A stretch of DNA of 64,000 nucleotides. Source: a bacterium. Its GTDB lineage: Bacteria > UBA8248. The notes beneath the pieces are model-generated. The model saw only the letters and a list, made by a program, of their open reading frames with translations, was not told the DNA's origin and did not search any database. Shown here one piece after another: positions 30,651-39,462 of this stretch. Numbering within the stretch: the stretch's first letter is position 1; every line of letters starts with the position of its first letter. The DNA lies in the NCBI GenBank assembly GCA_965218885.1, contig OZ244713.1, positions 240,601-304,600 on the forward strand, given 5' to 3'. A program made the position numbers and the translations under genes.

Positions 30651-31100
30651 ATCAGTAGCTCCTCAGGCGGTTCCGATGCGACCGCCCTTGCGGACCCGCG
30701 CCTTCTCCCGCCTCGCCGCTCACGCGGCGGCGCTCCCGTGCGTCCGGATCGTTCCCGACTTTCCCGTTCATATGCGTCTCTCCTTCGCGTTCGAACCTCT
30801 CGCCCCGATCGATCCTCCGGCGTCATGCGGGCGGGGGCTCGCATCGCCCGCATTCAGGAGAAAAATAAGGCAAAAAAACCCGTTTGCAAGGATTTTCTAT
30901 ATCTAGTTTCCTACGCTTTCGCGTCATACGCGCCCTCGCATACGACCGGCTGCGCCGGGATATGATCTTTTTTTTTCGCAGCACGCCTCGCCCCGCGCCG
31001 GCGAGAGGCAGAGCCTGGCCGGGAGGGGGCGCGGGAGCCTGGCCGGAGAGGCCGGGCGGCGCCCGCATTCCCCTCACCCGCAACCCCGGAGGCGCGGCCC

Positions 31101-31444
31101 ATGAGTAACCAGAATCCATCCCGATACACCCGGGCCCTCGTTCTGGCGGGACCTGCTCTCGCACTTCTCGCCACAATCCTCTCTCTCGCGGCCGGGAGCG
31201 GTCTCCGCCTCCCCCTGTGGCCGTCTGGACCGGTTCGGCCCTCTGGTGCCTTCTCACGGCCCTCTCGTGCGTCCTGTGGCGGGGGTTCCGCCATGGGGAC
31301 TGGACGGCCTTCACCCGCTACCGACTCCCCGACGGGCGCGACGAGCGCTTCGACTGGTCGACCCGTACCGGCCGCTATGCCTGGCGCCGCGAGCTGGAGG
31401 AGCAGGAACTTCACGGCCACGACCCGGACGCACCCTTCCCGTAA
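31101..31444 (+). CDS. Hypothetical small protein, possibly frameshifted (two overlapping frames with TM-like segments)
   Basis: The ATG at 31101 has GGAGG 8 nt upstream. It encodes MSNQNPSRYTRALVLAGPALALLATILSLAAG and then drifts into low-complexity sequence. The frame of 31217..31444 gives a W-rich, plausible C-terminus. This is speculative. Confidence 0.25.
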
Positions 31445-31928
31445 AAGGCCTCCGGCGCGCTCCGCGCCGCAAAGAGGCCGAGCCGGGCCGGGAGGAGGCG
31501 CGGCCGGGCGGCCGGGAGAGGGCGTTTCCCCGCTACGCGCAAATCATCCAATTCAGGGAGACTCACGAGATGCGAAAACCGAAACCCGAAGCGAGCACCT
31601 TCCTCACTCACCTGTTTGGACGCGGCCTCGAGGATGAGCGCTACGCCGTCGAGAGGTTCCGCTCGGCGGATGACGGCGAGATCCGTCCCCTGCCCGCCGG
31701 GGGGCGCGGGACGAGACACGCGACCGCTTCCAGGAGAGCCGTCCGGAAGATGCGTCCCGCGCGCGATGAAATCATCGTCTGCACGGGGCTCAGGCTCAAA
31801 ACCTCGGGAATCCAGTATTGGGGCGGGCAGGCAACGGGACTTTTCGCCCAGGGCAGGCGGCGCTGAGGGGACGTCCCGCCGTCCGTCCCGCGCCTGTATT
31901 CCAGCCACTCGGGGGAGGAGACCGCACA

Positions 31929-32741
31929 ATGCCCCATAAAGACCCTGAAGAAGCCCGCGCGTATGAACGCGAGCGTTGCCGCAAGCGCACCGCCGACCGA
32001 CTCGCAAGGGGCCTTTGCCCCCGGTGCGGGAAACACCGGCCCGCACCCGGGCGCAGGGACTGTGAGCCCTGCGGCGAGAGGGCGCGCGATTCCGAACGCC
32101 TCCGCTACGCCAGAGCCAAGGCCGGGGGCGCGCACTACGGTGGACGCAATTCCGAGAGCCGCCGCAGAATGGCCAGGGAGAGGAGGAGGAAGCAAAGGAT
32201 CGAGCGCAAGGAAGCCGGGTTATGCGTCCGTTGCGGCGAGCTTGCTCCGGCGGAGGGCAGCGTCGTCTGCGAGACCTGCCGGGAGGCGAGGCGCGCTGAA
32301 GAGCGAAATCTCTACGCCGCCAGGAGAGCGAAAGGGCTTTGCGGCAGGTGCGGAGGACAGGTCTTCGCGGGAGCTTCCAGGTGCGGCCCGTGCGCCGCGC
32401 TCGAGAAGGCGCGCTCATCCGGAAAGAACGCCATCCGCAGGAAGCGCTATCACGACAGGCGCGCACGGGGGCTTTGCGTCGACTGCGGCGTCCATGCGGA
32501 CGCAGGGGTGAGATGCGCGAGCTGCGCGCGCCGATCGTATCACTCCTCGGGCGAGCACAGGGGAATGCCCGTCTATCCGCCCCGCTATACCGTGGTCGAA
32601 CTCGCCACGGGCGAGGAGCACGGACCCTGGGACTCCTGGGAAGAGGTCGCCATGTGCCTCGCCTTCGCGAAACTCTCGCGGGAGGAAGTGGAAGTCATCG
32701 AAGACGCTCCCGTGATGGCGAATCTCACATCTTGGGGGTGA
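31929..32741 (+). CDS. Novel protein with four tandem zinc-ribbon-like repeats (GLCxRCG...CxxC) plus a C-terminal acidic domain
   Basis: From the internal start MPHKDPEEARAYER, four repeats follow: RGLCPRCGKHRPAPGRRDCEPCGER, AGLCVRCGELAPAEGSVVCETCREA, KGLCGRCGGQVFAGASRCGPCAAL and RGLCVDCGVHADAGVRCASCARR. Each is followed by a basic R/K-rich linker. The C-terminal domain is YTVVELATGEEHGPWDSWEEV. I recognise no family. Confidence 0.55.
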   Translation: MPHKDPEEARAYERERCRKRTADRLARGLCPRCGKHRPAPGRRDCEPCGERARDSERLRYARAKAGGAHYGGRNSESRRRMARERRRKQRIERKEAGLCVRCGELAPAEGSVVCETCREARRAEERNLYAARRAKGLCGRCGGQVFAGASRCGPCAALEKARSSGKNAIRRKRYHDRRARGLCVDCGVHADAGVRCASCARRSYHSSGEHRGMPVYPPRYTVVELATGEEHGPWDSWEEVAMCLAFAKLSREEVEVIEDAPVMANLTSWG

Positions 32742-33314
32742 CGCGCCTGCACGTGCCGCCGGCCGTCGGGAGTACGTACTGCCGTCCTGCCGCCGGGGGG
32801 GGGCGACCGGGGGGAGGGTCTGACGACCGCCGCCCTGCTGCGCAGCCGTCCCGCCGCCGGGGGGGGTCGCTGGCCGGACTCGCCTCCCCAGCGTGAAGTA
32901 CCCGGGACTCCGGACCGGGGGGGCGCACGCCCGTGCAATCGGCTCGACGAGTTCGCCACCGGCGACGAAGACGCCGAGCGCAATCCCGGCCCGCCAGTCG
33001 GCACGGAGTCAACCCGGCATCCATCGTTTCCGGCATCCCAGCGCCGGCAGCGCCGACGACCAGCCTCACCGGCGGTGACAAGAACGTCGCCGCCCCGAAA
33101 TCCCACCGCTCGATTCGTCTCCGTTTCCACGTGCCCCATCCATCCGAATCCCGGACCTGACGCAAGACCGGCGCGGTATGCGGGCGGTCCTTATCGGCTG
33201 TGAACCTGCCCGGGAGAGGCAGAGAGAAGCAGGGGACCGGGCAAATGCCCGGTAGGGAGAGGGAGACCGTCTCCCTCCCGACGCCGGGCGCGACAACCCG
33301 AGAGGAGGCCTGGC

Positions 33315-33450
33315 CATGTTCGAGAACGACTACGAAGTCGACGTTCCCACCGCAGACGAACTGCTCGCCGAGATCGGACTCGACGCGTACACGATCCGCG
33401 TCATCCGCGACGAGACGAAAGGCGAGGCGGAGGAATTCAGGAGGGAATAG
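33315..33450 (+). CDS. Small ORF (45 aa) with a strong RBS upstream of ssb
   Basis: GAGGAGG lies 7 nt upstream of the ATG at 33315. It encodes MFENDYEVDVPTADELLAEIGLDAYTIRVIRDETKGEAEEFRRE. It is below the ORF-track size cut-off. Confidence 0.35.
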
Positions 33451-33527
33451 GGCGAACCGGGGGGTGGAGAGAAAGGCTCTCCCCCTCCCATCACTTTTTC
33501 ACACTCACACCACGAAGGAGAATCACA

Positions 33528-33962
33528 ATGGCATTCGGACTCAACCGCGCGGAACTGATCGGGCGTCTCGGCGCCGACGTCACCATCAACCATCTCGCGA
33601 GCGGGGGACGCGTCGCTAACCTCTCCATCGCCACCGACGAGGGCTACGTCGATAAGCAGTCCGGCGATCGGGTGGAGAAGACCGAGTGGCACCGGGTCGT
33701 GACGTTCCAGCCCGGGCTGGTCGACATGTTCGAGAAGCACGCGAAGAAGGGCCGCCTGATCTACGTGGCGGGCAAGCTCCAGACCCGCCGCTGGAAGAAG
33801 GACGATGAGGACTCGGATCGGTTCTCGACCGAGATCCTCATCGCGCCGGGCGGACGCGTGCAGTTCCTCGACAAGGTGAACGGGAACGGCAACGGCGCGC
33901 ACCCAGAGACGGCCGATGTGGCGGCCACAGCGGGCGTAGTGGGCGAAGATATTCCATTCTGA
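33528..33962 (+). CDS. ssb: Single-stranded DNA-binding protein
   Basis: The OB-fold opening MAFGLNRAELIGRLGADVTINHLASGGRVANLSIATDE is present, followed by a Gly/Asn linker and the acidic tail ending DIPF, which is the canonical SSB C-terminus. Confidence 0.9.
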   Translation: MAFGLNRAELIGRLGADVTINHLASGGRVANLSIATDEGYVDKQSGDRVEKTEWHRVVTFQPGLVDMFEKHAKKGRLIYVAGKLQTRRWKKDDEDSDRFSTEILIAPGGRVQFLDKVNGNGNGAHPETADVAATAGVVGEDIPF

Positions 33963-33974
33963 TCACCCCGGGGG

Positions 33975-34007
33975 GGTCGGCGTTACGGCGCCGGCCCCTT
34001 TTTTTGC
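33975..34007 (+). terminator. Rho-independent terminator after ssb
   Basis: gggtcggcg-ttacg-gcgccggccc is a 9-bp stem with one G-U pair, followed by a T7 run (ccttttttt). Confidence 0.65.
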
Positions 34008-34572
34008 TCGTTGTCCAGAGGAGGTCCGCCATGCCCCGAACACCCTCTCCCGCGGCAGAAATCGCCCTGCCGGCCCTCTCATCTACCGGGAACACCCGGG
34101 AAATCTCCGGTTCCGTGAACGGTAAACCATGTTCACGGAAGATCGGCAGGAACGCTGCAATCATCCCATATTCAGGATAGTGGCTCGGTCCACCCCCCGC
34201 TGCGGGAATTTCGGGCCGGAAAAACGGCCCGAAATGACCCTCTCCGCAGCATGAGAGATTGTTTCACGACGAGCTTCGCCTTCATCGTGAAACAAGCAGA
34301 AGCTCTTATGTCCCGGTGGCGAAACAACTGTCTCTCTCTTAGCGTCCTCATTTTAGCACGAACGCCGAGCGAATAAAGGGTGGCCGCAGGCGGCCATCAT
34401 TTGCCGGTACCCCCCAAAAAACGATGACCCGTGTTTTTCGGGAACCCCCCGGAAAATGACGAGCCCTTGATTCGCCCGCCTACGGGCGCCGGATACACCG
34501 ACCGGCGCCCTTACGTGCTGAAAATGGGGCGCTAAGAAGCGCATCCGTTAATCCTCAAGAAAGGAGAAAGGC

Positions 34573-34944
34573 ATGGAAACCACCGTGGTGAACCTGAACA
34601 CCTATGTTGATGAACACGACAGTGGCGTGCTGGTGAGGATCGACCGCATGACGAAGTGGGGAAATCCCTTCCGCATCGGCCAGGACGGCGACCGCGACGA
34701 CGTGATCGAGAAATACCGGCGAAGGCTGTGGAGAAAAATCCAGCAGGAGGAGCTGGACCTCTACGAACTCGCCGACCTTCACGGCTGCGAGCTCGGCTGC
34801 CACTGCCATCCCCTCCCGTGTCACGGCGACGTCCTCGCACGCGCCGCTGAATGGGCAGCCAAATATCTCGACGAGATGCCGAAAGAAGTGGGGCGCAACG
34901 AGCGTGGCTACGCTCTTCCTGAATACAACCATCCCCTCGCTTGA
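34573..34944 (+). CDS. DUF4326-domain protein
   Basis: The blocks TKWGNPFRIGQDGDRDDVIEKYRRRLW and GCHCHPLPCHGDVLA are the hallmark WGNPF and CxC...CHGDVL motifs of DUF4326. RBS AAGGAG lies upstream. Confidence 0.75.
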   Translation: METTVVNLNTYVDEHDSGVLVRIDRMTKWGNPFRIGQDGDRDDVIEKYRRRLWRKIQQEELDLYELADLHGCELGCHCHPLPCHGDVLARAAEWAAKYLDEMPKEVGRNERGYALPEYNHPLA

Positions 34945-34965
34945 GGACAACGAAAGGAGTGAACG

Positions 34966-35916
34966 ATGATCGCTACACACGACCACAAGGAGATGAACAT
35001 GAACGAGCACAGCGAACACGAAGCCCAGAACGAATCCTTCACCGCCATGGTCTGTGAGCAGGCCGCCCTCTTCGGCGCCACGCCTGGGCCGGACGAGTTC
35101 GACAACCGACCCATGTGGGGCGAGGCCGAGGCAACCGCCGCCGTCCTTAAAGCCTTCCACCTGCTCGCCGAGGCAGCGCCCGACGGCACGCAGCTTGCGG
35201 ACGAGCGGGCGAGCCTCCTCTGGGGATTCGTCAACACCCTCGACGCCCAGATCCAGAGGCTCGACCGCGCCGCCGACAGGCTCATCCCCGGCATCCGCGA
35301 ACTGCAGCGCGAGCAGGACGGCTCGGAGATCAGGTCCCGCGAACTCGAACTCAAGACCGACCGCGCGCAAAATCTCTCAGACCGACGCGACGCCTTCGAA
35401 GGGTTGCGCGACACGGCCGCAGAGGCCTACCGTGACCTGACCGGCGAGGTATGGCGGCCGAGGCGAGGCTCGCACGTCTCACAGACCGGCAAGCTGACTT
35501 CCTCAGTTGTCGAGGCGCGCGACTTCCAAAGGGCGAAAAAGGACCGCGAGAACACCGCGCACTTGCCCCAGGGAACCCTCGTCGCCGTCGCGGGCGGCAA
35601 GGAGGCGAACGACGCGGGAAAAATCATCGCGCATCTCGACAAGGTCAAGGCCAAGTACGCCGACGTCGTTCTCGTCCACGGCGGCGGCCCGGGTGCTGAG
35701 AAGATAGCTGCGGGATGGGCCGAGCGGAACGGCGTCCACCAAGTCGTCTGCAAGCCCGACTGGGATGCCCACGGTCGGGCCGCTCCCTTCCGCCGCAACG
35801 ACGAACTCCTCGCCCTCCTCCCCAAGGGCGTGATCGCGTTCCCCGGTTCGGGCATCACCGACAACCTCGTCGACAAGGCCCGCTCGCTCGGAATTCCCGT
35901 CCAAAAAGTAGCGTGA
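34966..35916 (+). CDS. Coiled-coil N-terminus fused to a C-terminal SLOG/DUF2493 (DprA/Smf-like Rossmann) domain
   Basis: The C-terminal segment TLVAVAGGKEANDAGKIIAHLDKV...VVLVHGGGPGAEKIAAGWAERNGVHQVVCKPDWDAHGRAAPFRRNDELL...VIAFPGSGITDNLVDKARSLGIPV matches DUF2493, which is common on conjugative elements. Confidence 0.65.
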   Translation: MIATHDHKEMNMNEHSEHEAQNESFTAMVCEQAALFGATPGPDEFDNRPMWGEAEATAAVLKAFHLLAEAAPDGTQLADERASLLWGFVNTLDAQIQRLDRAADRLIPGIRELQREQDGSEIRSRELELKTDRAQNLSDRRDAFEGLRDTAAEAYRDLTGEVWRPRRGSHVSQTGKLTSSVVEARDFQRAKKDRENTAHLPQGTLVAVAGGKEANDAGKIIAHLDKVKAKYADVVLVHGGGPGAEKIAAGWAERNGVHQVVCKPDWDAHGRAAPFRRNDELLALLPKGVIAFPGSGITDNLVDKARSLGIPVQKVA

Positions 35917-36571
35917 CGTGAACGCTCAACGGGTCGCGTCGTCGCCGCCCGGCGGCGCGGCCCGTTGCGTCTCGTCGACCAACGCTCGCGCCACTTGCGC
36001 CGGCAACGATGAAGACTCCACTGGTCTTGCCGCAGGAACGACTCTCCGCATTGCTCCTCCCGCTCAATCGCCGCGGCGGCTCCCGCTCGCCTCGTTCACC
36101 GGCAAAAATTCCCCCGACTCGCGTTCCCTAAAATCCCTGCGCTAGCCGCCCTTCGGCGTTTCGTTCAGTACACCCCACGCAGCTACTCTGCGGGTGTTGC
36201 GGTGATATGACTGCGCGCGATGAGCCGTGATAATTCGCACCCCCGTGTGTTCCAGTCGCGCCGGAAAAAGTAATACCATTCTGGTAGCTCGCGAACCCGG
36301 CGCTCAAGCCTGCGCCTTGCCTGCCTCTCATACGAGCAAAACAGCAGGTGAACGGCATTTGCGAATCTCCTCTCTCCTACGGGATACCAAATTGGTAGTA
36401 AACAGACATGCGCTGCTCTATGATGGCTACCAATTTTGTATCTCATGAAGCGGAGTTATTCGGAGGCCTTCTGAGTTTGTAAGAAGTGCATTCGTTATAA
36501 AAAGCAGGCTGTTTGCGGTCGTTTCGGGATCAAAATTGTCTCGAATCTTTACGAAAGGATCGGCAAAACGA

Positions 36572-36697
36572 ATGGTGCAGACGACACAAAAGAACATTCG
36601 CTTCACGCCGGAACAGTGGTAATGCGTCGAAAAAGAGGCGCTCGAGCGTAGGATAAGCCCGAATCGACTGGTGGTCAAGCTAGTGATGGAGACTTAA
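36572..36697 (+). pseudogene. CopG/RHH (ribbon-helix-helix)-like small ORF interrupted by an in-frame TAA
   Basis: It reads MVQTTQKNIRFTPEQW-(TAA at 36620-36622)-CVEKEALERRISPNRLVVKLVMET. The pattern of a beta-strand (IRFTPEQ) followed by two helices is RHH-like. AAAGGA lies upstream. Confidence 0.3.
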
Positions 36698-37392
36698 AGC
36701 GCCGGGAATAGCTGCTACCGGATGCACGGGAGAATCTCGCCTGGTGCGCTGGCTGGTCAGATTGCGTCATTCCTGATATGTGGTCATCCTTGGAGGGCCC
36801 CAAGTTCAGGCCAAGGCAATTCGTTGTAACCTTGACCACCTCCTGAAAGTCACAGTTTCTGATTCTACGCCATCACAAAATCCAAGAATATTTGAAATCC
36901 ACGGAGCAAAAATCCAAGAGTTTGATCTTTCCTTACAAGGATGATCACGTAAAGTTGGCAATCTTCCTCGTTCCATACTCCGAAGTCGACTGAAAAGTTG
37001 CTCAACATGTGAGGATTTGGATTGAAAATTCAAATTGCATTTGCTCCGAATGGTCACTCCGTTGTTGAAAAAACGAAAGGCGAGCGGAAAAGAGGTTCGT
37101 CAATTGTACATAAATGGATGAGACAACTTTTTGTGAATATTTCTCATGATTCCAAAATGAAGAATGTTTAGACACAGACAACTGCAGGCATAAGGAAGAA
37201 TCGAGCTACCTCTGAAACTGTAAAAAAGGAACTATCAGCTTTCTTCATTTCCACACTGTACCTTTGCTTCGTATTGACGTTCGTCGCCGGTTTCTCAACC
37301 AACCCACGCGCAGGGGTTTCAAAACAAAGCTTCAGCCAGCACATCCTTGACGAAGTGCGGCGTATCGCCAGCAAGAGGAGGGGACAGAGTAC

Positions 37393-37420
37393 TTGACAGT
37401 AGCCACATTTATACTACTAT
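37393..37420 (+). promoter_or_regulatory. Sigma70-like promoter candidate for the cargo module
   Basis: TTGACA (37393-37398), a 16-nt spacer and TACTAT (37415-37420) sit about 45 nt upstream of the ATG at 37467, in an AT-rich region. Confidence 0.4.
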
Positions 37421-37466
37421 AAATATAGAAATGCGACACATGGGACTCTTCCACGAGGTGCTCTGA

Positions 37467-39398
37467 ATGACTCTACTCAATCGTAGTGTATCATCCTGTT
37501 CTTTGGTGTGCGCCCTATCCCTTTATCTCATATTCGTGGTCGGCACCGGTTTCCAGCCCGCTCACGCGCAGGGTCTCCCGGACCTCGACGAGATACAAAA
37601 GATCATCGACGAGGCGCGGAGCATCGTCGCCAAGGCGAAGGAGTGCGTGGGGATAGCGGACGAAGCGGAAAGAAATGCGGGCTCGGCAGGCGATGAGAAA
37701 GACAAAGCGAAAAACAACGGGACGAAAGCATCAATGTACAGTATGACGGCGGTAGGCAAAGCAGAGATGGTCGCAACAGAAAAGATGAATGCGGAAACGG
37801 CGGCGAATCAGGCAGAGAAAGCGGCGAAGGATGCGGCAGCAGCAGCGCAAGCGGCGAAGGATGCGGCGGAGGATGCGGCAGACGACGTCGTCGAAACTTT
37901 CATCTCAGAAGCAATGGCCGAAACAGTCTGCATCCAAGGTATCAGCTGTAAGCCGACTTCTGGTGGTTACACAACGACTGAGCCAAGGAAGCCAACGGAT
38001 AAAGATATAGAAGAAGCGGAAAGAGCATTAGAAGATGCGAAAAAAGCCGTGTTGGAGGCGAATGCGGCTGCAACAAGAGCAGAGGATGCGGCGGGGGATG
38101 CGGCGGCGGCGGCGAAAGCGGCGAGAATGGCTGCTGAGAATGCAGCGATAGCAGGAGAGGCGGCGAGAAAGGCTGTTGAAGATGCCGCGGATGATGCAGA
38201 AGATGCGGCGGCGGCGGCGAAAAGGGCAGCGACAGCGGCGAGGGAAGCGGCAAGGTCGGCTGAAGAGGCTGCAGGCTACCTGGATAAACAGCGATATGCA
38301 TCTGTGGCAGGGTATGTAGATGCAGCGCGCAAGGCGGCGGATGCCGCAAAGGGAGAAGCGGATACAGCGAAAAAGGCGGCGGAAAATGCTGGAAAGTATG
38401 CCATGGATGCGGCGATGGCGGGAGATGTAGCCGGAGCGCGCGCGACGGATGCGGGAGAGGCGGCGGATAAGGCAAATGAAAGGGCAACAGCAGCGCGTAC
38501 ACACGCGGCGGCGGCGAGACGCTGCGCCGAGCATGTTTCCGAGAGGGAGGCGACGCTTGCATCGGCCCGTGCGGCCTCCGCCTATCTCTCGCGCACTGTG
38601 GTGAACCGGGTCCAGAAGCTGCGCCCCTCTGGCGGAAGCAGTTTCAGCAGGCCGGCGCGGACTTCGAGCAATTTGACCGGACTCAACGCAGGCGACAATA
38701 TGGTTCCTGATTATCCGGCGAATTTGGCGGTGGATGTCGGCTACAGCAAATCGAGCGGCGGGGAAGGCCTCTTCGAGACCCGTTCGAGTTACGTTCTCGT
38801 GATGACGGACACGTTGCTCACCCCGCAGCGTCTGATCGGCTTCGGCGTGGGCACGGAATACACCCGCGAGTCGTTGCTGGGAGGGACGCAAAGACGGACG
38901 CGCGGCCTCACGGCGACGGCCTATCTGGCGGAAATCCTCAATAAAAACTTTACTCTCGTGCCGCAGGCGGCGCTCACCTATCTGAACAAAAACAAGAAGT
39001 TCACTCCGACGCCGGAAGATGCTGAAAGAGGGATACGCACGCTTTTTTCACTGACCATGCTCGGGCAGAAACAATGGGGCAAGGTGGAATTAAGCGGTTT
39101 TGGCCAACTCGCTTATACACATGAAGGTGGTGGCGACTCCATCTACCTTGGACAGGCGATTGCAGGCGGGGAATTCGCGTTTGCGGTGAAAACCGATGCT
39201 CGTCTGTTTGTAGGCGCGTCGATGGGCTACGACTTGGTGCGAAGCGAATCTACTAGCGATCGGTTCAGTTATGACGGGAAGGTCGGTCTTCGTTCCCCGT
39301 TAGGCTCTAGAGCCGAGCTTAGCCTGTCGATATCCACCAGCAGGAAAGACGAAGAGGAAACGACGAGCGGCAACGTTTTCGTGAAGATTTTCTTCTAA
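37467..39398 (+). CDS. Autotransporter-like outer-membrane protein: signal peptide, Ala-rich alpha-helical passenger, C-terminal beta-barrel
   Basis: The signal peptide ends in the AHAQG cleavage region. About 330 aa of Ala/Glu/Lys-rich repeats follow (AAKDAAEDAADD..., AARKAVEDAADDAEDAAAAAKRAA). The C-terminal ~250 aa are rich in alternating hydrophobic residues and end in VFVKIFF. A terminal aromatic residue is typical of OM beta-barrels. Confidence 0.65.
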   Translation: MTLLNRSVSSCSLVCALSLYLIFVVGTGFQPAHAQGLPDLDEIQKIIDEARSIVAKAKECVGIADEAERNAGSAGDEKDKAKNNGTKASMYSMTAVGKAEMVATEKMNAETAANQAEKAAKDAAAAAQAAKDAAEDAADDVVETFISEAMAETVCIQGISCKPTSGGYTTTEPRKPTDKDIEEAERALEDAKKAVLEANAAATRAEDAAGDAAAAAKAARMAAENAAIAGEAARKAVEDAADDAEDAAAAAKRAATAAREAARSAEEAAGYLDKQRYASVAGYVDAARKAADAAKGEADTAKKAAENAGKYAMDAAMAGDVAGARATDAGEAADKANERATAARTHAAAARRCAEHVSEREATLASARAASAYLSRTVVNRVQKLRPSGGSSFSRPARTSSNLTGLNAGDNMVPDYPANLAVDVGYSKSSGGEGLFETRSSYVLVMTDTLLTPQRLIGFGVGTEYTRESLLGGTQRRTRGLTATAYLAEILNKNFTLVPQAALTYLNKNKKFTPTPEDAERGIRTLFSLTMLGQKQWGKVELSGFGQLAYTHEGGGDSIYLGQAIAGGEFAFAVKTDARLFVGASMGYDLVRSESTSDRFSYDGKVGLRSPLGSRAELSLSISTSRKDEEETTSGNVFVKIFF

Positions 39399-39462
39399 AA
39401 GAATCAGGGCCGAACTTAATCGGGAGAGCACGGCAATCGGGGAAAAGCTAAGGAGTTTAATC

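Noticed and set aside
31411-32466. 351-aa minus-strand ORF opposite the zinc-ribbon repeat gene
   Set aside because: Its translation is Arg/Pro/Ser-rich low complexity. The plus-strand frame has a fourfold internally repeated Cys motif, which is unlikely by chance.
37942-38891. Minus-strand ORFs (206 aa and 287 aa) inside the autotransporter-like gene
   Set aside because: They are antisense to the Ala-rich GCN-repeat region. They give Pro/Leu/Arg/Ser-rich nonsense, a known artefact of GC-rich alanine tracts.
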